Assembly: GCA_964016885.1 (NCBI GenBank)
Contig: OZ024743.1
Location: 325,376,001 to 325,440,000 of the forward strand
Length of the DNA: 64,000 bases
Reading direction: 5' to 3'
From: Eledone cirrhosa
Lineage: Eukaryota
The stretch's first letter is position 1, and each line of letters opens with the position of its first letter. The notes below the pieces were generated by a model. It made no database searches. It had not been told where the DNA came from and saw nothing but the letters and a program-made list of their open reading frames with translations. The position numbers and the translations under genes are program-made. This document shows, one piece after another, positions 39,001 to 51,684 of this stretch.

Positions 39001-42000
39001 CAAATAGTGAGACTATGAGTTATATTACTAAATCTATACAAATAGTGAGACTATCAGTTATATTACTAAATCTATACAAATAGTGAGACCATCAGTTATA
39101 TTACTAAATCTATACAAATAGTGAGACCATCAGTTATATTACTAAATCTATACAAATAGTGAGACCATCAGTTATATTACTAAATCTATACAAATAGTGA
39201 GACTATCAGTTATATTACTAAATCTATACAAATAGTGAGACTATCAGTTATATTACTAAATCTATGCAAATAGTGAGACCATGAGTTATATTACTAAATC
39301 TATACAAATAGTGAGACTATCAGTTATATTACTAAATCTATACAAATAGTGAGACTATCAGTTATATTACTAAATCTATACAAATAGTGAGACTATCAGT
39401 TATATTACTAAATCTATACAAATAGTGAGACCATCAGTTATATTACTAAATCTATACAAATAGTGAGACTATCAGTTATATTACTAAATCTATACAAATA
39501 GTGAGACTATCAGTTATATTACTAAATCTATACAAATAGTGAGACTATCAGTTATATTACTAAATCTATACAAATAGTGAGACTATCAGTTATATTACTA
39601 AATCTATACAAATAGTGAGACTATCAGTTATATTACTAAATCTATACAAATAGTGAGACTATCAGTTATATTACTAAATCTATACAAATAGTGAGACTAT
39701 CAGTTATATTACTAAATCTATGCAAATAGTGAGACCATGAGTTATATTACTAAATCTATACAAATAGTGAGACTATCAGTTATATTACTAAATCTATACA
39801 AATAGTGAGACTATCAGTTATATTACTAAATCTATACAAATAGTGAGACTATGAGTTATATTACTAAATCTATACAAATAGTGAGACTATGAGTTATATT
39901 ACTAAATCTATACAAATAGTGAAACTATGAGTTATATTACTAAATCTATACAAATAGTGAAACTATGAGTTATATTACTAAATCTATACAAATAGTGAGA
40001 CCATCAGTTATATTACTAAATCTATACAAATAGTGAGACTATGAGTTATATTACTAAATCTATACAAATAGTGAGACTATCAGTTATATTACTAAATCTA
40101 TACAAATAGTGAGACCATGAGTTATATTACTAAATCTATACAAATAGTGAGACTATCAGTTATATTACTAAATCTATACAAATAGTGAGACCATGAGTTA
40201 TATTACTAAATCTATACAAATAGTGACATCATCAGTTATATTACTAAATCTATACAAATAGTGAGACCATCAGTTATATTACTAAATCTATGCAAATAGT
40301 GAGACCATCAGTTATATTACTAAATCTATACAAATAGTGAGACCATCAGTTATATTACTAAATCTATACAAATAGTGAGACTATCAGTTATATTACTAAA
40401 TCTATGCAAATAGTGAGACCATCAGTTATATTACTAAATCTATACAAATAGTGAGACTATCAGTTATATTACTAAATCTATGCAAATAGTGAGACCATCA
40501 GTTATATTACTAAATCTATACAAATAGTGAGACTATCAGTTATATTACTAAATCTATACAAATAGTGAGACTATCAGTTATATTACTAAATCTATGCAAA
40601 TAGTGAAACCATGAGTTATATTACTAAATCTAAACAAATAGTGAGACTATCAGTTATATTACTAAATCTATGCAAATAGTGAAACCATGAGTTATATTAC
40701 TAAATCTATACAAATAGTGAGACCATCAGTTATATTACTAAATCTATGCAAATAGTGAGACCATCAGTTATATTACTAAATCTATACAAATAGTGAGACT
40801 ATCAGATATATTACTAAATCTATACAAATAGTGAGACTATCAGTTATATTACTAAATCTATACAAATAGTGAGACTATCAGTTATATTACTAAATCTATA
40901 CAAATAGTGAGACCATCAGTTATATTACTAAATCTATACAAATAGTGAGACTATGAGTTATATTACTAAATCTATACAAATAGTGAGACTATCAGTTATA
41001 TTACTAAATCTATACAAATAGTGAGACCATGAGTTATATTACTAAATCTATACAAATAGTGAGACTATCAGTTATATTACTAAATCTATGCAAATAGTGA
41101 GACCTTCAGTTATATTACTAAATCTATACAAATAGTGAAACCATGAGTTATATTACTAAATCTATACAAATAGTGAGACCATCAGTTATATTACTAAATC
41201 TATACAAATAGTGAAACCATGAGTTATATTACTAAATCTATACAAATAGTGAGACTATCAGTTATATTACTAAATCTATACAAACTGAGACCATGAGTTA
41301 TATTACTAAATCTATACAAATAGTGAGACCATCAGTTATATTACTAAATCTATACAAATAGTGAGACTATCAGTTATATTACTAAATCTATGCAAATAGT
41401 GAGACCATCAGTTATATTACTAAATCTATACAAATAGTGAAACCATGAGTTATATTACTAAATCTATACAAATAGTGAGACTATCAGTTATATTACTAAA
41501 TCTATACAAATAGTGAGACCATCAGTTATATTACTAAATCTATACAAATAGTGAGACTATGAGTTATATTACTAAATCTATACAAATAGTGAGACTATGA
41601 GTTATATTACTAAATCTATACAAATAGTGAGACCATCAGTTATATTACTAAATCTATACAAATAGTGAGACTATGAGTTATATTACTAAATCTATACAAA
41701 TAGTGAGACTATGAGTTATATTACTAAATCTATACAAATAGTGAGACTATGAGTTATATTACTAAATCCATACAAATAGTGAGACTATGAGTTATATTAC
41801 TAAATCTATACAAATAGTGAGACCATCAGTTATATTACTAAATCTATACAAATAGTGAGACTATGAGTTATATTACTAAATCTATACAAATAGTGAGACT
41901 ATGAGTTATATTACTAAATCTATGCAAATAGTGAAACCATCAGTTATATTACTAAATCTATACAAATAGTGAGACCATGAGTTATATTACTAAATCTATA

Positions 42001-43791
42001 CAAATAGTAAGACCATCAGTTATATTACTAAATCTATACAAATAGTGAGACCATCAGTTATATTACTAAATCTATACAAATAGTGAAACTATGAGTTATA
42101 TTACTAAATCTATACAAATAGTGAGACCATCAGTTATATTACTAAATCTATACAAATAGTGAGACCATCAGTTATATTACTAATTCTATACAAATAGTGA
42201 GACCATCAGTTATATTACTAAATCTATACAAATAGTGAGACCATCAGTTATATTACTAAATCTATACAAATAGTGAAACTATGAGTTATATTACTAAATC
42301 TATACAAACAGTGAGACCATCAGTTATATTACTAAATCTATACAAATAGTGAGACTATTAGTTATATTACTAAATCTATACAAATAGTGAGACTATGAGT
42401 TATATTACTAAATCTATACAAATAGTGAGACCATCAGTTATATTACTAAATCTATACAAATAGTGAGACTATGACTTATATTACTAAATCTATACAAATA
42501 GTGAGACCATCAGTTATATTACTAAATCTATACAAATATTGAGACTATGACTTATATTACTAAATCTACACAAATAGTGAGACTATGAGTTATATTACTA
42601 AATCTATACAAATAGTGAAACTATGAGTTATATTACTAAATCTATACAAATAGTGAGACCATCAGTTATATTACTAAATCTATACAAATAGTGAGACTAT
42701 GAGTTATATTACTAAATCTATACAAATAGTGAGACCATCAGTTATATTACTAAATCTATACAAATAGTGAGACCATCAGTTATATTACTAAATCTATACA
42801 AATAGTGAGACTATCAGTTATATTACTAAATCTATACAAATAGTGAGACCATCAGTTATATTACTAAATCTATACAAATAGTGAGACCATCAGTTATATT
42901 ACTAAATCTATACAAATAGTGAGACCATCACTTATATTACTAAATCTATACAAATAGTGAAACCATGAGTTATATTACTAAATCTATACAAATAGTGAGA
43001 CTATCAGTTATATTACTAAATCTATACAAATAGTGAGACCATCAGTTATATTACTAAATCTATACAAACATTGAAACTATGAGTTATATTACTAAATCTA
43101 TACAAATAGTGAGACCATCAGTCATATTACTAAATCTATACAAATAGTGAGACTATCAGTTATATTACTAAATCTATACAAATAGTGAAACTATGAGTTA
43201 TATTACTAAATCTATACAAATAGTGAGACCATCAGTTATATTACTAAATCTATACAAATAGTGAGACCATGAGTTATATTACTAAATCTATACAAATAGT
43301 GAGACTATGAGTTATATTACTAAATCTATACAAATAGTGAGACCATCAGTTATATTACTAAATCTATACAAATAGTGAGACTATGAGTTATATTACTAAA
43401 TCTATACAAATAGTGAGACTATGAGTTATATTACTAAATCTATACAAATAGTGAGACCATCAGTTATATTACTAAATCTATACAAATAGTGAGACCATGA
43501 GTTATATTACTAAATCTATACAAATAGTGAGACTATGAGTTATATTACTAAATCTATACAAATAGTGAAACTATGAGTTATATTACTAAATCTATACAAA
43601 TAGTGAGACCATCAGTTATATTACTAAATCTATACAAATAGTGAGACCATGAGTTATATTACTAAATCTATACAAATAGTGAGACTATGAGTTATATTAC
43701 TAAATCTATACAAATAGTGAAACTATGAGTTATATTACTAAATCTATACAAATAGTGAAACTATGAGTTATGTTACTAAATCTATACAAAT
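21096..43791. repeat. 38-bp satellite array, ~22.7 kb, ~597 units, intronic
   Basis: Unit ACAAATAGTGA[G/A]AC[C/T]AT[C/G]AGTTATATTACTAAATCTAT; no spacers. Confidence 0.98.
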
Positions 43792-43860
43792 TCATGATTA
43801 TTTTCAAAATTTGAAGCACACAGATTGTACGCATCATTAGAAATATGGTAACAAAAGGGT

Positions 43861-44114
43861 TTAACCCTTTAGCATTTACATTGCACTATATCTACTATTA
43901 TATTTACTATAGTATTTTCACAGTAAAGGCTTATTACACATACTTATCTTACATAATTATCTCACATAATATTGAATCTATGAGATTTTGATATTATTTA
44001 TTTTGAGAACAATACCTTAACGTCGGTATGAGCGGCTTGTTACAGCCAGTTTGAACAGAAAGAAGGGGGAGAGAATTCTGGCCGGATACGGCCAGTTTGA
44101 ATTATAAATGTTAA
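43861..44114. mobile_element. TTAA-type (piggyBac-like) MITE remnant
   Basis: Starts TTAACCCTTTAGCATT and ends near ..TAAATGTTAA; abuts a GGTAACAAAAGGG terminus at 43847-43859. Confidence 0.45.
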
Positions 44115-44376
44115 ACAGCTATCACCTAATGAGATATTTATATTTCTTAGAAGTGTAAAAGACTCAAATGCAGAAATAACTGTAAAACAAACTGCTGCTA
44201 CAAATGACAATTACATAGAGAATTATCTATGCAAAGGTCATTTATAGCATCTGACTGTTTTACAGTTATTTCTATATTTGAGTCCCATGCACTTATGTGA
44301 AATCCATATTCACTCAACACCCCACATTGATAATTCGATACGTCTTATATCATATTTATATTTCTTTTCCTTGCAG

Positions 44377-44712
44377 TGTAACATCAGCCAAATATTATAA
44401 GTCAGTAAAGAAATACAGTGAGTCTTTACAATTCTTGAATAAAGCAATTGCCAGAAAGCCTGACAACCCTTTCTGTCTGGCTGACCGAGCAGAAATCTAT
44501 ATCATTCTTGGGGACATTCAGTCAGCTGTCCAGAATTATAGCCGAGCTATGTTCATCTACAGGGACTCACCAGTCTTCAAACTTCGTTTGTCCAAACTAC
44601 ATGGAATTCTGGGACAGGTCTTTTTAGATCTTGGATTGTATGAAGAAAGTTTTCAAGCATTTCAGAATGCTAACAAATGTGACCCTGAACAGATAGTATA
44701 CAAAGCCAAAAG
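44377..44712 (+). CDS. TTC16: TTC16-like TPR exon (VTSAKYY...LNKAI..P......RAEIYI.LGD.QSA.QNY.RA...YKAK)
   Basis: ttttccttgcAG acceptor, AG|GTAATA donor; TPR motifs resemble the N-terminal TPRs of TTC16 (RAEAYLQLCDFSSAAQNLRRA, from memory). Confidence 0.9.
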
Positions 44713-44864
44713 GTAATAAATGCTATATTCTGTATTCAGTCATTTGATCTTTCATCCACTGTGTAAAGGGACTGCAAATATATATATTTCCATGAAAAAA
44801 ACAAACAACAATAGTGAAGTACAGTTTAAAAAAGTATTTCAGTATTTTAACACCTTCAATATAT

Positions 44865-44919
<55 letters not shown>

Positions 44920-44959
44920 TGTGTGTGTATATATATATAAATATATATAAATATATATA

Positions 44960-45702
44960 TATACAAATGGTAGGGAGAAATATGTATGCAGTAGATGTAC
45001 AGGGAAATTAGACAGTAGAAGTCGCACTGATAGACACATTTTTCAAATGCAAGAGGGCGCTATAGAAGTGGTGGATAGCTTCCGGTACCTAGGAGATCAG
45101 ATTAGCATGGGAGGAGGGTGTTCCAAGGCCATAGTATCTAGAATAAGGACGGGTTGGAAGAAGTTTAGGGAGCTGCTTCCTCTGTTGACGAAGAAGGGTT
45201 TCTCCCTGCATACGAAAGGCCGGTTGTATGATGCCTGTGTGAGGAGCGCGATGCTGCATGGTAGTGAGACATGGGCAGCAACTGCAGAGGATATGCGACG
45301 GCTGGAGAGAAATGAGGCAAGCATGCTCCGTTGGATGTGCAGTGTAAATGTGCGTGAACGACCCAGCATAAATGTGTTGAGAGAGAAACTGTGTCTGAGA
45401 GGGATAGAGTGTAGTGTACGGGAGAGGAGACTGAGGTGGTATGGACATATGATGCGCATGGAGGATGACCGATGGGTGAAGAAGTGCCAGGAAATGCCAG
45501 TTGAAGGAAGACGTGGTAGAGGTAGACCACGAAAAACATGGGCGGAGGTGGTGAGAACAGACCTCAGATCATTGAAGCTCACGGTGGAGATGACGAGGGA
45601 CCGTGATGAGTGGAGAGATGCTGTGCTGAATAAGACCCGTCCCACCCTTGCAAGCAGGGAAAAGCGGACGTAAAATGATGATGATGATGATGATGATGAT
45701 GA
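44960..45702 (+). mobile_element. RTE-clade LINE 3' fragment with an intact ORF end
   Basis: EVVDSFRYLG, LHGSETWA, RRLRWYGHMMR, GRRGRGRPRKTW motifs; (GAT)n tail. Confidence 0.9.
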
Positions 45703-45705
45703 TAT

Positions 45706-46043
45706 CATTTCATTTCATTTCATTTTACGTCTGCTTTTCCCTGCTTGCAAGGGTGGGACGGGAACTGATACTGGCTTGATTTCTACAGCTGGATGCCCTT
45801 CCTAACACCAACCTCATTTACAGTGAGTACTGGGTGCTTTTTTGCCGTGGCACCTACACGACCACTTTGCAGTGGAATGATAAGGACCTCAGTCCCTATC
45901 ATCTCATTTCTACAGCTGAGTAAACTGGAGCAATGTGAAATAAAGTATCTTGCTCAAGGAAACAACACACCACCCGGTCTGAGAATTGAACTCACAACCT
46001 TTCGATTGCAAGGCCAATGCTCTAACCACTAAGCCATGTGCCT
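45706..46043 (-). mobile_element. Family-B SINE, tail-to-tail with the RTE
   Basis: Reverse complement of 14892-15230. Confidence 0.9.
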
Positions 46044-46077
46044 TTATATATAATATATAAATTTTTAAAAAAATTTG

Positions 46078-46482
46078 TTTCGCTCTACATTGCTGAATAC
46101 AATAAATGTAATCTGAGTTTTTCGAATATTAATAATAATATTTGATCTGTTTGCAATTATGCAAACAACCCTCATTTTTAAAGCCATGTCAGTAGAATGA
46201 GCTCCTCATTCTTGCTCTTGTAGCATGTAAAATTAACTGCAGACACTAATATTTCTGGGTATTACCCTTCATCAGTACAGTTCACTGTTCACCTACCAAC
46301 TGTCAGAACTAGTAAAATATATGATATTTTCTAAAATATACAGTGACTGATCGGCCTGATTTGCATATTAGCAGACTGGCTGATCAGTCAAATCTGCCTT
46401 ATTAGCATATTATTTGAATATGGCAAAGCCCACCATTAATCGCTCGTATACAGGAAACTGACTGGCCAGTCTGCTGATATGC
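46078..46482 (-). mobile_element. Hammerhead-bearing repeat HH-A, copy 3 (most colinear copy)
   Basis: Contains all modules seen at 1-330 and 14395-14881; flanked by TA-rich microsatellite. Confidence 0.75.
46235..46282 (-). ncRNA. Type I hammerhead ribozyme fold
   Basis: Minus strand AACTGTA-CTGATGA-a-GGGT-aat-ACCC-a-GAAA-TATTAGTG-TC^TGCAGTT. Confidence 0.75.
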
Positions 46483-46654
46483 ATATATATATATATGTAT
46501 ATGTATATATATGTATGTGTATATATATGTATGTGTGTATATATATATATGTATATATATATATGTATATATATATATATGTGTGTACGTATGCATACTT
46601 ACTTTTATATATCAGCTGTGCTAGAGCGAGAAATAAAGAGTTGACATAAACTCC

Positions 46655-47782
46655 ATATGATGTACACAATGTAAATCCTGGGTACAGAGGAGATGTAGTG
46701 GGATATCAGGCAGACTAACAGGATATGTGTGTAGAAAATGGACAGGGGTAATCGAGGGGAAGAGTATCATAGATAAACATTTTCCAATCACATGAAGGAT
46801 CCATAGAAGTGGTTGATAGCTTCTGCTATCTAGGTGACTTGATTAATGGTGGAGGAGTGTCCTCGGAGAGCATAATAGCAGGAATAAGGATAGGATGGAA
46901 GATGTTTGTATGATGCATGTATATGCACAGCAATGTTGCATTGTAGTGAGACCTGGGTGCTGTGTGCTGACAACCTATGAACATTAGAAAGAAATGAAGC
47001 TTGCATGCTCTGATGGTTGTGTAATAGTAATATAGATGAATGGCAAAGTGTAAATGAACTGAGAGAGAAACTTGGTGTAAGAGGGATCAGATGCAGTGTG
47101 CAAGAGAGAAGATTTCATTAATATGGCCATGTGATACATATGAAGGATGACAGCTGTATAAAAAGGTGCAGGGTGATCAAAGTTGATGAAAGCTATGGAT
47201 TAAGAAGACCTGGGACGAGATAATAAAAGCTGACCTTGCACAATTGCTCCTCTCAAAGGAAATGACACAGGATTGAGATCTCTGGCATTATGTAGTAATA
47301 CAGAAGACTTGCCTTCCATTGTGCATGGATTGAAGCATACATTTAGTATGCACCACTTAGCCCCTACCCTCACTTTCTCCTTCCATACATGTCCCACGCC
47401 CTAACACTTTACCCACATTCTATTCACCCTACCATTCTCACATGCCTTTACAGCCCCTGCCCTAGTCATCAGTCCACACTAAAAAGTGGTTGTTTTGGCA
47501 CCATGACAAAAAATGCCCAGTCCACACTGTAAAGTGGTAATTACGGTGCCATGATAAAAGGCGCTCAGTCCACATGGTTAAGTGGTCGTGTAGGTGTCAC
47601 AACAAAAAGTACCCAGCACACACTGTAAATGAGGTTGACAGTAGGAAGGGCATCCAGCTGTAGAAACCAAGCCCAAATCAGTTCTGTATGAGCAAGACAT
47701 GGTCACCTGACCTGACTTGCCTCAAATAGGACAACCTATATAACCCACACTAGCATGGAAAATAGAGGTTAAATGATGGTGA
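46655..47782 (+). mobile_element. Degenerate RTE LINE 3' portion with a long 3' UTR
   Basis: Stop-riddled homology to the minus-strand RTE at 49284-49990 (EVVDSFCYLGD, MKDDSCIKRCR); UTR with ACACTGTAAA repeats, GGAAGGGCATCC motif and tail. Confidence 0.75.
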
Positions 47783-47913
47783 TAAAAACCATATTCAGCT
47801 AAGTACTCAATACTTGGGAAAGTTGAATGCATGTATTGTAAACAGTTAGTGCCTGACAGCTGAGCTCATGTAAAGGCATGAGCTTAGCCATCGGGCTCTA
47901 ACTATTTACAATA

Positions 47914-47944
<31 letters not shown>

Positions 47945-48085
47945 TTAAAGGTTAAACAAGGTTCAATGAATAAATCAAAGAATGAGTTTTACAATAGATT
48001 GGAAGCACTCAACAGAAATGGTTTTCCGGAGTTATTAATATTAATTCAAAATATTAACAAAAATAGACATTCGTGTGATCAAGTA

Positions 48086-48152
48086 TATTTTATTATACAT
48101 ATTTCAGAGGTACTGAACTATCTTCAACAGTACGTCCTCATCAGATAAAATA
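48086..48152 (-). ncRNA. Type I hammerhead ribozyme fold (HH-B)
   Basis: Exact reverse complement of 51618-51684. Confidence 0.7.
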
Positions 48153-48765
48153 AGATGATGCATGACATACCCTGATTTAGTAGATGGTTAAGATTCAGTC
48201 ATGGTAGTGAATATGATATGACAAGACGCAATATTTATATACCTTAAGATTGAGACATGAAAAAATTTACATATAATACAGAGGGTGCGTGAGAGAAAGC
48301 TTAAAAATACATAATAGCAATTTACATAACTGTTAGAGATTCAAATAATTTAAATTATTGAAGAAAGAAGAAAGAAAGAAGAAAGACAGAGAGAAACAGA
48401 TGAGGAAAAATATAGTTACTAGAAGTATAGAAAGCAAAAGAGAGTTGATCAAGGATAGCGAGACACAGAGGAATAATTTTTATAGTATAAAGCATAGATA
48501 AATACATGAATATACATTTGGGCATAGCTTTGTGAAAGAGTAAACTCGAATCTTTGAATTATCTAGAAGTATCCATCAATGTAAATATTAAATATATCTG
48601 GGTGTAATTATATGAGGGTTTAATTTCGAGTCCTTAGTTAATTAGAAATATACTAACATTATATATATCGTTAAATATACCGTTAAATTTCGAATTCTTT
48701 ATGTTAGTTCAGAATAATGAATAATCTAAAGGTATAATATTTCAGGCTATAAAAATTTATAAATA

Positions 48766-50905
48766 TCATCATCATCATCGTTTAACGTCCATCTTCCACG
48801 CTTGCATGGGTTTGGACGGGAGTTTTCCCACTTGAGGCAAGATTGGTTGTCCTGCTCATATAGGACTGTCTGGCAGGTTTTCTACGGCTGGATGCCCTTC
48901 CTAACACCAACCACGTTTACAGTGTGGACTGGGAGGTTTTTACCGTGTTACCTACACGGCCACATTACAGCGTGCACTGTGTGTTTTTTTGTCGTGACAC
49001 CTACACGTCTGGCGGGTTTTCTACGGATGGGTGCCCTTCCCAACACCAACCACGTTTACAGTGTGGACTGGGAGGTTTTTACCATGTTACCTACACGGCC
49101 ACATTACAGCGTGGACTGTGTGTTTTTTTGTCGTGACACCTACACAACCTCATTTGTTTCGGACTGAATGTTGTGGTACCAACATAACTTCACATTTAAG
49201 AGGGTGGTGTGGATGGGGTGGGGGTAGTGGGACGGGGTGTATTTTGTTAGAGGTGTCTACTGACTGTAGGTTTCGCTTTGTACTTAGGCAAGGCGGGTCT
49301 TCTGTATAACTGTGTAGCGCCAAAGATCTCGGTCCAGTGACATTGTCTTGGAGAGGTGTAAGTATGTGAGGTCGGAATTTATTAAGTCATCCCAGGTTTT
49401 TCTGGGTCTGCTTACTCCGTGGCTACCGTCTATTTTTATCGCCCTGCACTTTTTTATACAGCTGTCGTCTTTCATGTGCATCATGTGACCGTACCAACGT
49501 AGTCTTCTCTCGAGTAAACAACATCTGATCCCTCTTATTTCTAATTTTTCCTTAGTTTGTTTATGCTTTGCTGTTCACGTATATTACTATTACACATCCA
49601 GCGAAGCATGCAAGCTTCGTTTCTCTCCAGTCTGCGTATATCCTCTGCACACAATGCCCAGGTCTCACTGTTCGTATGCAGGTATCATACAGCCTGCCTT
49701 TCATTTTTAGAGAGAACCCTTTAGCGGCCAATAGTGGTATAAGCTCTCTGAACTTTTTCCATCCCGTTCTGACTCTAGCTACTGTACTTTCAGAGCACCC
49801 TCCACCACTGCTGATTTTGTCACCCAAGTAACGGAAGGTGTCCACTATTTCTATAGAACCATCTGTGCAATGGAATGAGCTAGTATTCTGTGGGCATTTG
49901 CTGCTACTTATTGTACCAGCGCACCGGCCACATATAAAATCTATATTCTTAGTTAGCTTACCTGTGATCCCACTACATCTTTTATACACCTATACGTTGC
50001 ATTTGGGACATAAAATGGAGTTTCTGCCTACTCCTTTCCTACACACTGAGCATGGCCATTTCCCGGATGGGACTGGTGCCCTATTTTCCTTCCTACAAAC
50101 CAGAACTTTAGTCTTAGACAGGTTAATTTTAAAGCCTTTTGATTATAGGCCATGCTTCCATGTTTGGAATTTCTTCTCTAGTTCAGCCATTGATTCAGTT
50201 ATGAGCGTTAGATCATCTGCATATAGGAGTTCCCATGGGCAGCCGCTCTTGAACTCCTCTGTTATAGCCTGAAGGGCAATAATAAATAGTAGGGGGCTAA
50301 GAACAGAGCCCTGATGAACACCAACTTTTACGTTAAACTCTTCACTATATTCGTTGTTAATTCTAACCATGCTGACTGTTTCTTTATACATGGCTTGTAT
50401 AGCTCTCACAAGCCATTCATCAACACCTAGTTTTCTAAGAGCCCACCAGATAATGGAACAGGGGACTCTGTCAAAGACTTTCTCCAAGTTGACAAAAGCT
50501 AAGTATAGGGGTTTACTTTTAGCTTGGTACTTCTTCTGTAGTTGTCGTACAATGAAAAGAGCGTCTGTGGTACTTTTACCTGACACAAATCCGAACTGCA
50601 TTTGATCTAGATCAATTCGCTCTCTGATTAGTTGTGCTATTACTTTTTCTGTGACCTTCATGACCTGGTCGATTAATTTAATGCCTCTATAGTTACCCCT
50701 ATCTAGGGCATCTCCTTTACCCTTGTAGCAGTTAATGATGATGCTGCTATGCCAGTCCTTCGGAACAACCCCATTCTGTATGACTTGGTTTACTATCCGG
50801 GTGACCATAGTGTGTCCCACCGTTCCAGAAGCTTTCAGCATTTCAGCAACTATTTCCGAAGGCCCAGCCGCCTTACCCGTCTTCATATCTTTGATTGCCT
50901 TACTT
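48766..50905 (-). mobile_element. RTE-clade LINE (RT domain), 5'-truncated and frameshifted, nested in the Penelope-like remnant
   Basis: KGKGDALDRGNYRGIKL, QFGF, AFVNLEKVFDRVP, GVHQGSVLSPLLF, LLYADDL; extra Cys/His-rich segment; (GAT)n tail at 48766. Confidence 0.92.
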
Positions 50906-51617
50906 ATTATACTACCTTCATATACCTTCAAATATCTATATTAATATTATAGTATACTAACATATTTAATTTATAAAATCATATTTAAAGTATTTTCATC
51001 CACACGAAGGTAATCCATATTAAATTATATTATCTTATATTATTTTCCTATATTAAAATAATTCTCATTATATAATTTAGAAAATAATTACAGTTATAAC
51101 TTTAAAAATTTTAAATTAACAATTAGAATGTCCTAAAGTATCTAAAGGCCTTATAATTAAACTTAAAAAAGTAAGATATATGCATTTGTCTAAATATATA
51201 CAAAGAGTATATTGTCTAAAGTTCAAGATGTCAGTTAGTCAGTTATACATAACATAATATAATATAATATAATAAATAAGTTACTGTTAATATTGTTAAA
51301 ATTAAGGTTTTAGATCAATTATTATATTAGGATCATGTAATACGTATATACTATAAAAATTTCATGAATCATAAGGATACGAACCAGATTCAAAATAAAT
51401 AAGTAAATTGTTTGCGATCATATAAGTGCCAAATATTTAAGCTATATAATTTAAAAATACTAGAAATATTATATGTAAATTTATATGTAAATATTATATG
51501 TAAATTTTATCATGTCTCAATCTTAAGGTATATAAATATTGAGTCTTGTCATATCATATTCACTACCATGACTGAATCTTAACCATCTACTAAGTCAGGG
51601 TATGTCATGCATCATCT

Positions 51618-51684
51618 TATTTTATCTGATGAGGACGTACTGTTGAAGATAGTTCAGTACCTCTGAAATATGTATAATAAAATA
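51618..51684 (+). ncRNA. Type I hammerhead ribozyme fold (HH-B)
   Basis: TATTTTAT-CTGATGA-GGACGTACTG-ttgaagatagtt-CAGTACCTCT-GAAA-TATGTA-TA^ATAAAATA: 8-bp stem I, long stem II, near-palindromic minimal stem III, AUA triplet. Confidence 0.7.

Noticed and set aside
21096-43791. CRISPR-like array
   Set aside because: Units are contiguous with only point variants; no unique spacers, no cas genes, and the context is eukaryotic
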